Origin: Azolla caroliniana
Lineage: Eukaryota; Plantae; Polypodiophyta
Assembly: GCA_043228905.1 (NCBI GenBank)
Contig: JBHGNT010000001.1
Span: 9,610,001 to 9,674,000 of the forward strand
Length of the DNA: 64,000 bases
Direction: 5' to 3'
Shown here: positions 10,876-23,400 of the stretch, one piece after another
How positions within the stretch are numbered: the stretch's first letter is position 1
Layout: each line of letters starts with the position of its first letter
Translations under genes and position numbers: made by a program
The notes under the pieces: generated by a model
Told to the model about the DNA's origin: nothing
Seen by the model: the letters and a program-made list of their open reading frames with translations, nothing else
Databases searched by the model: none

Positions 10876-13800
10876 TGTCACACAAAGTCAAATTTCAAGA
10901 GTTATCAACCATGGACGTATGTACGAGCCCATCTTGTTGAAGAAGAGATGGATGATGAAAAAGTCATAGGAGATGGATATCAAAATGTCGACAAGTATGA
11001 CAACATCCTTCAAGCAGTCATTGCCGAATCACTTTCCGCAACGATTCCAAACCCAAGTAAAGTAAATGATCTATGGTATCTCGACACTGGTGCTACAAAC
11101 CACTTAACTAATAGAAAAGATCGGTTATGTAACTATAAGGATGTTGAACCTCCCATCATTGTAAGATTTGGAAATAATGGGACTAAACAAGCTATTGGCA
11201 AGGGTGATATTACTTCTGAAGTCATAAGAGGAGGACATTTCACAATCAATGAAGTTCTCTATGTCCCAGGCATCACCAAACATTTGCTATCGGTTAGTCA
11301 AGCAACGGAAAATGGTACTATCATTGAATTTCATCCTAAACATGTTATTATTAAACATAATGCCTCAAATGGAGAACTTATTAGAACATGTTGTAAACAA
11401 GAAGGAGGCTTATATCCCATAAAATGTATTCCTACATCTCTTATTTTAGAAGCACATCATACTACCCCAATACAATCCTCCATATCTTTAACCAATCTTC
11501 ATTCTCCTTCTTCTGTTTGTCACTTTCGTCTAGGTCATATGCATTTCAATGCTCTAAAAACAATACAATGTAATAATCTAGTCCATGGATTGCCAAAAGA
11601 ACCTTTCAAGCCCATCTCTTTGTGTGAAAGTTGTATCCTTGGGAAAATGCCCCAACAACCATTCCCAAAGCATAGACCTAGAGCCACTACCCCTCTTGCA
11701 TTAGTACATAGTGATCTATGTGGACCTTTTCCAACCCCTTCTCCTAGTGGAGCCAAATATTTCATTAGCTTTATAGATGACTTTAGTCAATTTACAATCT
11801 TGCATTTTCTCAAGTACAAAAGTCAAGCTTATCAAGCATTCAAAGAATACAAGGCTCGAGTCAAAGTGCAAACATCATCAAAGATTAAAAGTCTTCAAAT
11901 CAATGGTGCTGGTCAGTATATGCCTCATGAATTTCAAAGTTTATATCAAATTGAAGGTATACATGATAGAATATCAACGCCACACACACCACAACAAAAT
12001 GGTGTATCTGAAAGAAAGAATAGATCACTCCTCAATATGGCTCGAAGTATGTTACAATTTGCTCACTTATCGCCTCAATTTTGGGAGGAAGCGGTTGGCA
12101 CCGCTTGCTATATTCAAAATCGAGGATTTCATACATCTTTGGGGCTCCAAACCCCTTATGAACTATGGCATGGTCACAAACCTAACTTAAGTAACCTTCG
12201 TATTTTTGGTTGTGATGCTTATGCTTTTGTGCCAAATGTTCAAAGAAATAAGCTAGATCCAAGGGCTACAAAATCAATTTTCATCGGATATGGAGAAGCT
12301 TCCAGATACAAGGCGTACAAGCTCTACGATCCACAAAAACGAAGAATATTCTTTAGTCGTAATGTGATATTCCAAGAAAATGGGCTTTCTACAAAGGTTT
12401 CTTCTTCACTCTCTTCTAATCTACCTCCCTTATTACCTACCCCTACCCACTTACAACTATCTTCCTCAACCATTTCTAATATTAATAGCTCTCATATTGA
12501 AGGAGCCAACATTAGCTCATCCTCTACTTCCACTATTTGTGTTGCTCTTCCATCTATTCACAAGGCAAAGATCAATCCTACTCAACCAACTAATTCTTCT
12601 TCTCATCTTCCCTCATTCCAATCTCTAGATGATTCTCTTCCTCATACTGCTTTAAATACACATTGTTTGACTCCCTCAAATAATACAAATAATGTTATCT
12701 TCTCCACTCCCTCTCGTAATCCTTCATTCCAAGAGTCATCACCAACTTCTCCAACTCCAAAGTATAGATATCTAAGTAGTATTTATGAACAACTTGATCA
12801 GATTGAAGCACATTTCGTGGACTTGGACCATGAAGCTTATATACAAGAAGAATATATTCCAACCCTTAGTGATGACACAAATCTATCGGCCAAAGATACA
12901 CTTTCCGGATCGGATTCTATCAAATGGAGAAAGGCTATGGAAGAAGAAATGAAGGCTTTACTTAAAAATGGTGCGTGGACCCTCGTTGAGCCTCCAAAAG
13001 ATCGACAAATAATTGGTTCTAAATTGGTCTTACGCATAAAGCGAGATAGTAATGGCAATCCAATTTGCTTCAAGGCTCGTGTAGTTGCTTGAGGATTTTC
13101 AAGATACATTTAGTCCAACGCTAAAAATATGTGGTTTTCGAATGCTCGTTGCTCTTGCCGCGTAGCATGATCTAGAATTCCATCACTTGGATGTACAAAC
13201 GGCTTTTCTTCATGGAGATTTAGATGAAGAACTTTATCTACAATAACCACAATTTTATGAAGATCCAAGTCATCCGACACATGTTTATCGGCTTCGTAAA
13301 TCTATGTACGGCCTTAAGCAATCTCCACGCATATGGTATCACAAACTACACTCTTATCTTATAAAAGTTGGATATCATCGTCTAAACAATGAGCCAAATA
13401 TCTATGTTAGAAAAGCCAACTCCAATTTTGTTATCATAGGTGTCTATGTCGATGATTTGCCCTTGATCTCTAACTCTAAATCTTATCTAACTATTGCAAA
13501 GAAGGAACTTGCATGTCTTTCCTATCACTAATTTAGGCCCTATGACCCATTTTCTAGGCATCAAAATAACGCAAAATAGAACAAATCATACTATCTCATT
13601 ATCACAATCAAATTATATTAATTCTATCCTCCAAAGATTTGATATGCTCCATAGTAAGCCTATTAGTACACCTCTTACCTCTCCATGTAAACTTTCAAAT
13701 GATGATTCTCCCAAAAATGAACGAGAAATTTCCAAAATGAAGGATGTACCCTATAAACAAATCCTTGGGTGTATAAGATATCTAGTAAGTTGCACACCTC

Positions 13801-14010
13801 TTTTGCTTTGCCGCCGGTTTTCTTTCTCGTTTCATGGTTAATCCAGGACCAAAGCATTGGATCGCGCTCAAAAGATTACTACGATACGTGAAGCGTACTC
13901 AACATTATGCGTTGACTTACTCCGCCACAGAATCTGAGTCAACCACACTTGTGCAAGGATGGAAAAATCCCTCTAGCCAACTAATTGGTTGGTCAGACTC
14001 GGATTGGGAG
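10876..14010 (+). mobile_element. Ty1/Copia pol remnant (protease, GAG-pre-integrase, integrase, RT; RNase H largely deleted)
   Basis: Motifs WYLDTGATNH, HFRLGH..CESC, HSDLCGP, TPQQNGVSERKNR, KARVVA, YGLKQSPR, YVDD and WSDSDW. Stops and frameshifts follow 13092. Confidence 0.95.
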
Positions 14011-14611
14011 TATATTTGAGCTTGCATACAGATTTGGTTGCTGGATCGCTAATATCGGATTCGAACGCTCTGTCGTTGTAATTGTATACTCTGTGCGTTA
14101 TTTGGACAAATCTTATTTCGCAAATGTTGTTTCTTTTATAATTTTGCTGCATAGCACTGCAGCCCATTTCTGTAGTCTTTACATGGTTCCAGCACAAACA
14201 AACAAAAAGAAAAAGAAAAAAAGAAACTGACACAAATTAATGGCTCACGACACAGGCTTAAACTGTACACAGCACGTGAATTTTCTTAATTAGTAATGAT
14301 GGTATGTATAAAATACAGTGGAAAAACCATTGTTCCGATATTCTTAATGATCTCTGGGAAGGGGTAAATCAAGGCTATTATTATTGAAATCACGACGGGT
14401 GGGTATATGTGCGATATGGACAGTGCAACTTATTGATCCTGACCATATACATACATACATACATACATGTATGTATTATGTACTACTACTACTCAATCCA
14501 CCATTATTCTTCATTCATAACAGCCAACGAAATGCCGGCTCAACAGTATATAGTGCAAGAAACACAGACAGTATTCATAATAATGGTGATGATGGAAAGG
14601 ACTAAATCTGA

Positions 14612-17600
14612 CTACAGGCTGAAGCTCACAGAGTGGAAGTGCAGGAGGGCCCCCCTGTGGCCTTCCGAAGATTTGGATGTGTCAGGGGCGGCATAGAAGG
14701 GGCGGAAAGGCGAGCATCTCTTGCATTCTCTGGCAATGTCCTCTTGCATGCTCTCCGATGCCGACACCAGAACTCCCACACATTCCCCACGGTGTTGCTC
14801 CACCAAGCCCTCGAAGACATCTGCCAATATTTTGGACCATCAAATTTAGAAGAACTACACATTCATTGCTTGACATGCTTCATTCTCAGGGGTAATTCAT
14901 TCATGCATCAATTCAGTGCCATATATAATCGCAAGTCCACTACAGTATAGCATACATAGCACATTCCTGAGTAGATGGTTTGAAATAGCTATGGCATGAT
15001 ATTTGAATTAACTAGTACTTTATTCAGCCAGAGGATGAGATCATTGAGCTAGAAAATTCTGCACAAATAGTACTATATATTCGTATATAGTGACTGCAGC
15101 TTGAATAGAAGGGATTAAAATTTCAGAATTGGGGTAATCTACCTGTACTCATATATTCACAAACTTGTATATGTACTACTACTACTCTTCCCAGGTTAAA
15201 GAAGATACCACATATATTCACAAATGCTTATGTTATGAAAACATACTTAACTTTCTTGGCGTAACGAATGCTTATGTTTTTTCTTTAACGTTTTTAACCT
15301 TTAAAACTTTTTTGCCGTAATAAAAAGTTTAGGGTTTAGGGTTTAGGGTTAGATGTGGACCCTATGATGCCAACCTACCTTTCCAGTTTGGCCGTGACAA
15401 AATGTGGACATCCCCATCCCACTGAGATGCGCCATCTTCGATTCCGTTGTAAGTTGCTCCCAAATCTTCGTTACTTCCGGATGGAGAAGAAGTCGGACTC
15501 TGTTTCCTCGGCTGCACCGATGCCGAGCTTATACTCGATTGTCGTCGCAACATATGGAACCATAGCAGAACCACGAGGCCGCCACAAATGAGAATCCCCA
15601 AGATCATGCACGCCACCACGACATGCGCGCGATTGTAATTGGTGAAGGTGTGATGGGCATAGGACCTCACAATAAAAGTGTTTGCCAAGCCTGAAAGCAC
15701 AAAGTATCCTGCAAAGGATGCAATGGTGGTTAATGCTACCCATGAGGTGCTCCCTGTGCTGCCAATGCTCGAGATTCTTCCATCGGATTGTGGGTGTTGT
15801 GCCGCCGGATAAGAGGAATCAAATATCAATGGTTGTGATGTAGGGTGTTCACGGTTAAACTTGGATAGGTCCAAGGATTGGCCTATTCTATATGAATTAT
15901 GAGCCGTGTTGCCACCGGGTAGTGGCACTCCCTCATAATCTTGTATGTTCTTCGAGGTTATGTATACATGTACTCGGATGCGCAGTCCTAATGTCTCATA
16001 GCCAGGGAGAATTTGGTTAGGATATAGGGTATTTAGCACACATAACTCCTCTGGCTTTCTTATGCAGTGGTAGAGTGTGATGGAGGTCGGAAGAGTAGTC
16101 GATGCCGGTGAGGATCTAACGTCTTTGTATCGATACAAGATATCGCGGATTATAGCGAGGGCAGGGGTGAGGCCTATGCCCCCGGCCACGATGACTAGGG
16201 TTTTATACCTGCGAAATATTAATCATATACATTACATTAAGTAATGGAAGCAACTCATTAATGTGAAGGCTAGTTATATCAATGAGGAACGACAGACATG
16301 AGCTTTGGGAACGGAATCGAGAACAGGAATTACGACAAATAATTAGAGAGATCCCCATACTTTAGGTAGAAATCGGACTCATCGCCGTAAGGACCTTCGA
16401 CTCTAGCCTTAAACGAGAAAGGGCAGGAACCCCCAGTTTTCTTGGCACTTGAGAATTGATCGCGCAAACTATTCGTCCATTCGCCGAGAGGCTTGATTAC
16501 GATGGAGAGCTCCTGCGTGTTATCGAGAGGGGACGATGCGCCACTGAAGAAGTGCCACTGTAGTTTGGAGATACCAGGAATCTGGATGCACCATGTGGAG
16601 AGTGCATTATAGAGTGGGGTCCCTGACATAAGTAATGATCACATTATTGCCTGTTATTAGTAAAGGTTAGAAGAGCTCACTGACTGAATTTAGTCAGAGA
16701 GATTCTGGAATATTAATTAATATGTGGATCCGAACAAGCACACATACATGAAAGAGAATCCATTTATGTTACCTTTGGTGGCATTGGTGTTAAGAGGCAG
16801 CAAGAGCTCGACTGTGCCATTCTGGAGGAGCTTGGCCGAGGATACGCGGACAACACTGGACGATTGGATCATGCGAAGGAAGCGATCGATGAAGAAGAGC
16901 ATGAGAGGGACGATGAAGAAATGATAATTCCAGACCGCGTGATACAGCCAAAAGAGGGAGAAGAGGAGATACAGGTGGTGGACCGAGAAGAATATGTCGT
17001 AGAAGCGGCGACGCACGAAGGAGAGGGAAGTGGCCCACATGACTAGACCGAACACCCATGCCACCAGCCCGGCCACTACCGCACAGTTTTCTTGCTTCGT
17101 GACCCACCCAAAGATCTAACAACAAGAAGCGAAAAACAAATTATGTCCCTATCAAGATATGATCAAACACACTCAAGTACAATGAATGCATCATGATGGA
17201 GAAACCACATGAGCCCTAGCATAGGTTGGCCCTTGGGACATCATCGGCGTTAAGCCTTGTAACATTATGGTAATATTGGGCGAGACAGTGAGCGCGAAAT
17301 ACTGCATGATTTGAACCTACCAAGTGCGTACGGTTGGTGTTGGCATAGAGAATGATGTAGCCGAGGCTATGGAGGCTGACGAGAACAAGCATGGAGACGG
17401 CGAGCCAGATGTGGTAGCGCACGGCGCGCTCGAATGGGATGCCTACGAGCCGAAGAAACGGCGAGCCACGCGACACGGGGATCCAGAGCAACGAGAATGG
17501 CACGACGGCCACGCGTCCGAAGTAGAAGGATACGTTATTCAATTTCTGCCATGGCCTGCAATATCAATGGAAAACATGAGTGCTTATTATGTACACTCTT

Positions 17601-17693
17601 GTCACATCTTGTCGAGCTCACGAAAGCCTCCTCGTATATGTGATTGGGAATTTAACAAACAATGTGAGCTTGGCGATGGTGTTCAAAGCATGA

Positions 17694-17730
<37 letters not shown>

Positions 17731-18495
17731 TGTTGGAGAGAGAGAGAGAGAGAGAGATATGGTTATGTCATGATCGTAGTAGGACGTACTTGGCGGGGGG
17801 CGGGCCGGAGCCGTGGTGGTGCTGGGTGTTGTTGTCGATGCGGGTGAAAGCAATGTTGACGATTCTGCTGAAGTGGTAGATCATCAACAAAGTTATGGCC
17901 AGAATTCCGAGAAGCTCCGAGGCCGTGAGGATGCCGAAGGGGCTCTTGTCCACCCACACCGGGTACGTACTCATCTGCCATTGGTTTTTCCAGCCGTTTG
18001 CACCCGCGGGCACCACAACACGGAGCTGTGCAGTCTTTGCTTTGATGAATGCGCGGAGCCGGATCACGACGAAGCTCAGAATGGTGACGACGAAGAAAGG
18101 CATGGTTTGGTATATGAATGTCGAACCTAATGGATGGATGCCATAGATATATATATCAGTTTTAAGTAGGAGGGAGCTGATCACTTGACAAACCATATAT
18201 ATGCATACACATATATATGCATTATGTGATCACTAATTATATTATATTACTGGTAGGAGGTGTACTGTAACGATTCATCTGGGTGAGATTGATAATGAGG
18301 GGCTTAGTTACCTTCGCGACCGTCGGTCCGAAAGAAGCGAGAGTGGGATTTGTTGCCGATCCACGACTCCACGTATTTCTTGTCTCCTTCTGGATCGGGC
18401 GCGACGAACCACCATAATACCCAAAACACGCACGCGGCCACGATTACCGCTTCCGTGACCGCTTTTGCCACCTTCGCCCGCCGAATTGCCCCCAT
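14612..18495 (-). CDS. FRO: Ferric reduction oxidase (ferric/cupric-chelate reductase), copy 1, 7 exons, ~799 aa
   Basis: Exons 18495-18312, 18126-17790, 17555-17321, 17115-16773, 16622-16361, 16208-15379 and 14820-14612 total 2400 nt; all junctions are GT-AG and in phase. Heme His pairs YHIWL..SLHS and VHHLY..LYHA are present, as are VEGPYG, VAGGIGLTP and C-terminal HFHSVSFSL. An alternative in-frame ATG lies at 18621. Confidence 0.93.
15328..15348 (+). repeat. (TTTAGGG)3 plant telomere-type repeat in the last FRO intron (also 48079-48099)
   Basis: Direct reading: tttagggtttagggtttaggg. Confidence 0.9.
17695..17758. repeat. Compound (GT)n/(GA)n microsatellite in FRO intron 2 (same length in copy 2)
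   Basis: Direct reading. Confidence 0.95.
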
Positions 18496-18836
18496 CAATC
18501 TCTCATCATCCTCATCTAGGCCATGGACGACCGCCGCAGCCTCCCTACCTGCATCAATCCTTGCGTTAATGCCTCGGAATATCAAACTCGGTAGCCACAA
18601 GGCAAGGAGGCCAAAATTCATCCATAGGAGGCACAAACAACAACAACTACTGCTACTTCTCCAACATACTCATCGCGGATTAATCGAGAAGTTAACTGCC
18701 GAAAGATGTGCGAAACTCAATCGCTTCTATGTACGGCAATGTTGTTGATCATTAGGGAGAAGAATGAGGAGGGTAATGATGCTCGACCAGACAAGCCTTA
18801 AACCACACAGATCCTGTTAAGGACAAAGTGGAGTGT

Positions 18837-18932
18837 TATATATATATATACTTGCATGATATGGTTGGGTTGACTCTAGAGAACAGCTACCCACTAGGTA
18901 GTAGTACAACACTGGTACCGCATGGGTTGTAC
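18837..18932 (-). promoter_or_regulatory. Putative FRO core promoter: (TA)n TATA tract plus three GTAC motifs (SBP/SPL core, copper-response-element-like)
   Basis: TATATA tract at 18837-18850. GTAC at 18904, 18915 and 18929, plus CCGTAC on the minus strand near 18732. The same motifs occur in copy 2 (+32751). Confidence 0.45.
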
Positions 18933-18989
18933 TAATGTGTTAAGTCAACTGGTATTTGCGAAGGACCTCTCATGTCCCCATAAAGACAA

Positions 18990-21190
18990 TGCTAAGCACG
19001 AAAAATAGATTCAACAAAATATGTCTATAAATTCGTTTGTGTGCCGCGCGCCGGCCGGGTCGACCCTTACACGTTCTTCCCTTTGTGTAAATTACATAAT
19101 CACAAGAATTGCACCATATTTGTTGGGTATGGAAAACCTCATGGCTACAAGGGTTATCAATTTTACATTGACCCAAATGTCAAACGATTTTTATTTAGTC
19201 AATCACCGATGTGCAATGAAGATAGCCTAATATCTCATACATGAAAAGACACAAGCTACAACTACCATACCAAACCCCTCAAACATCAAATCCAACAAAC
19301 AATATCATCAACTAGTACTTTTAAATAGGCTCCGCTAGCTTCCTAAAAACTCGAAGTCATAATTGACAAAATGCTCATCGAACATCTTCTGTGAATATTC
19401 ACATCACTAGACGCTCAACCACATATTTCCCCTTTAACTAATGACTCATCTCTAATAAAAAAACAATCATTACAAGGAGAGCCATATGCTCCAATTACAA
19501 ATAATAGTAATCTTACCCAAACTAGAAAGATATCTAGTCATGATCTAAATATTCATTATGACAAGGGAAAGGAAGTTCGTGAGGAGATCATCAATAAGCC
19601 TGGATTGCACTTGAAAAACATGTTGTATTGTACTTAGCCATGCTTTGGTAGATATGTATGCAAAATGTGGTGCAGTAATGAATGTCTGTGGCAACCTAAG
19701 AGCCGTTGAGAAAAAGTAAAAATCCATGATGAATATTTGGAAGTGTCCATCATTGTATCATTTAAATCACTTTAGACATAATATACACCATTGTTGGAAT
19801 AAAAAACATTCAAAATGGCAAACCGTTGGGCACAATACACCTAACTCACCTTGATTATTCATGTTTCCATTCTCGCAAAAGCTCCTTTATCCCATTAACA
19901 AGATCGTCACGAGTTTATGGAATAGACAATGACATCAATAACAAAGGATACCAAAATAATCAAATTACTAGGGTGTACAAATGCCTCTTCTCCCCTCTAA
20001 TGGAGAATGCATGAAACATACCAATAATTTTCACATTTTAGCACTAAGAAATTAGATGATCTTTAGCTCGCTTTCTTTGCAATTAGCTCCCCCTCACTTA
20101 TATCGACCATTCTTGATGATTCAGTACCTATCAACGAGGCAATACAATGTGGAAAGGAAAACCATTAAGGAAAAAGAACTTGAAACTCTCTCTTTGTCAA
20201 CAAAAATGGATTCTAGTACTACTCCTTATAGGCCACTTGCCTATCTCATGCAAATAAAAAATTATGTAACCCTAATGGTACAATAGTATGCTATCAAGCT
20301 CGGCTAATGGCTTATGGTTTTTCTCAAGTCGAAGGGCTTGACTATTATGAGACAGTTTCACCTGTTCTCCCTATAGCATCATTCTGACTCCTATTGTTCT
20401 AGACACCATTCTTGACCTTGAGGTACATCATTTGGATGTACAAACAACATTTCTACCAAAAGAAATCTACATGTCACACCCTCCTGGATTTGAAGCAAGT
20501 TCTCAACCAAACTATATTTGCTGGCTCCATCAATGCGTCTAGACTTAAACAATTTCCTTCAAGTTGAATTTTATGCTCTCACAAGATTACTCTAGATTGT
20601 TACTTGAACCAAATATATACATTGGACATAATCATACATTCAATTGCCCATTAGTGTTAACATTATATGTGAACGACAAATTCGTGTAGTTAGAACACCA
20701 TCTCAAATCACATAATCAAAGATAGAGCTTCCTAAAACATTATCAATTACAAACTTAGGCCCTCTACCTTATTTCCTAGTGATGCAAATTACTCGTAATC
20801 ATAGTCTACCAACTTTGACTATTCGCTAAAAGAAAATCATTAATGAAATTTTGAAATCAGTTGGAATGTTAATTATTAAACCTTGTATTACTTACTATGT
20901 GTAAATTGTGTGAATAAATGGCCTAATAATGACAAAAAATATAGATTTTATGAAGCAATTTCCTTTTATATGATTAATAAGGAAGCATTGATATTGATTT
21001 AAAATAACTCAGAATCTTGATCTTTGTTTTGCAATTAACCATCTCTCACGCTTTATTTATAGCCCTGATCTTATGCATTGGAAATCACTTGGAGGGTTAT
21101 GTACTATCTAAAACACACCTCTAATTATGGCTTATCATATAAATAGATCCAATTCAAAAGACCAATCAAATCACTAGTTCATTGGTCTAA
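18990..21190 (+). mobile_element. Highly degenerate Copia remnant upstream of FRO (duplicated at +32751)
   Basis: Integrase C-terminal-like CTIFVGYGKPHGYKGY. RT-like fragments ARL.A.GFSQ, HHLDVQT.FL and LGPL.YFL lie in broken frames. Confidence 0.75.
19552..19680 (+). pseudogene. Short PLS-class PPR gene fragment inside the Copia remnant (also ~52303-52431)
   Basis: Frameshifted translation DKGKEVREEIINK...HALVDMYAKCGAV, matching the PPR signature ALVDMYAKCG. Confidence 0.7.
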
Positions 21191-22691
21191 TTGAGAGGGT
21201 GCAACATTTCTATGCATATAACCACCATAACTTAAATTCAGATGTTCTTGGTTGTATCAGATCTATAATTCAAATATCCACTCGATTTAGTCTTTCTCTT
21301 CTATAATTTTACATATGGTAGAAAGAATGAGCACATCCTTACTTCAACTTTGTGTGGTTTTTAACAGGGTATTGATGTGCAAATTTTCAAGTAGGACCAC
21401 CATCTCCACCCTGCAACCGTTGAAAAGACTGTTGGTTCAATGTGCATCACACGTTAGACGATTCGTCCGTCATGGTCTAGATGGTGTTCATCCCTAATTT
21501 TGAATTTTCCATCGTCACACGGAGTGGTCCTCATCTCTTGAGCATCTCAAGAATTCCAAGAGCTATGAGAATTCCCTTGTGAGGAGTTGGCTCCCCTCAT
21601 TTCAACATTCCATTAATTTGGTCTTCAAGATTTGCCCGAGGTTGCACAACCATTCCCCTTGTTGTTCCTCATCAACAATAGTTTGTTATTCAATGCACAA
21701 TCCTTTCCGTTGTACACACAATTGAGGCGTTTGGACGTTCTTCACTGTAATAGAGATTATGGGTATATATATTCTCATGGAGAGGTATAAAGAATAATAA
21801 TACATTGTGTGGTGTAACCATCTTTAAGAAAGGTTATCTTGTTAAGTGTTTACTCATTATTACAATTACCATTAAAGTAGCTTCAAATTATTTATACATA
21901 TACATACATATGCACAAATATTATTTTAATTTTCTCACCGTTATTTTCAATGCAGCAATTTTTTCAGTAATTCGACACTATCACGTGCTGACATCATCAC
22001 ATGATGGTTCAATGTTCATGTTGCTAGAAACTATATGATGCATGATTTAATTAGAGATATTATAAATTTAGAATGAGATGCAAAAAATCAAAGGAACTAT
22101 AGGAATCTATTTGTACACCAATGGTTAGTGATGCTAGAAAGTAACTAAAGTTATTCTTTAACATCAATCTATATGAAATGCATGCACCAACTACATGTAG
22201 CCTTGTAGGCCCAACTGCTTCAAACACCACTTATCGTAGAAGCTTCAATTTAATAATGAAAACTTCAAACTCTACACCCAACAAAAGCTAGTTAGCATGT
22301 ATGTTATAAAAGCAAAATCTACTTTTTAATTAAAAGCTCATTCCATTGTTTACAATAATGTTATTAACATCTATCTTAATACTTAAATGTTCTTATGCCA
22401 CTTCAACATCTTAATGGTTTTAGATTATTAAACACCCCTAATAATCTTTTCTATTTGTGTTAGCAATGGACACATTGAATAATACTCGCAAAAACAACAA
22501 TTATAGCCCCAAATGCTAGTATGTCTATCTAGGGCTTCGTATTACATTCATGTTGGTGCATCATATTGATTGCATAAGGATCACATATGGCTCCACATCA
22601 TAATAACTAAGGCTATTTGAGATAATGGGACTTGGTGGCGTGTGTATGGCTTTGTGTATAGACATGTTTTTGAGCCTACCACTATCTTGAT

Positions 22692-23021
22692 AGTATTGAC
22701 TTCTAATTGTCAAGAATGTATGTGATCGAAACACACACATACACACAATATAAAGATTCATTTCAAGAGGCCATGCCATAAAAATGATTTTCCTTGCTTC
22801 TTTTTTGTTTAAGGTCATGGTTTTGTGATTTAATTAAAGTTATTCATAGTTCTAGTGTCAGATCAAGGCAAATAACATATACTAGTCACATTTTTTAAGT
22901 TGGAGATAGTAGATCTCAACATTAATATGGCCACATACATTAAAAATATGAATCTTTGTATTGTGTATGCTTGGATCACACATATCATGCTCAACCTTGA
23001 TAAAAGCTAGGAGTCGATACT
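22692..23021. repeat. Imperfect inverted repeat (MITE-like) whose right arm is cut by the transposon at 23022
   Basis: 22692-22780 (gtattgacttct...cacaatataaagattcat) is the approximate reverse complement of 22925-23021 (atgaatctttgtattgtg...gagtcgatact). Confidence 0.6.
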
Positions 23022-23359
23022 GGGTGAAAGCACACTACAGTGTACCAACTTTTGGCCAAAACTGTAGAACTAATTCCATGTGGAGGAAAAACTTTAAAAT
23101 GTAAAAGTAAATCCAATATTTGGGTTTAAAAAGTTGACCACTTGTTTTGAAATTAAAAGTCACATTCAATGAAAATAGATTTCAAATATGAATAAACATC
23201 AATTGTGTTAAAATTCAAGGTAATGTTGTAAGGAGGTCTTAACTATATAAGATCTTGAGTCGTTAGTCAATCATGAAGATAATCAGCCTATCTTTCTCTC
23301 ACTCTGTCTCTCATGGAAAATAATAGGTTTATCTCGAACTGTCAGTTAGTTAGTTAGTT

Positions 23360-23400
<41 letters not shown>

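Noticed and set aside
17324-18146. Plus-strand ORFs overlapping FRO
   Set aside because: They are shadow ORFs of GC-rich exons and microsatellites.
21300-21900. Possible coding remnant on the minus strand
   Set aside because: Stops in the frames I read and no recognisable motif.
10849-23048. Composite transposon carrying FRO
   Set aside because: Each terminus belongs to an element extending away from FRO, so they do not enclose it as a TIR pair.
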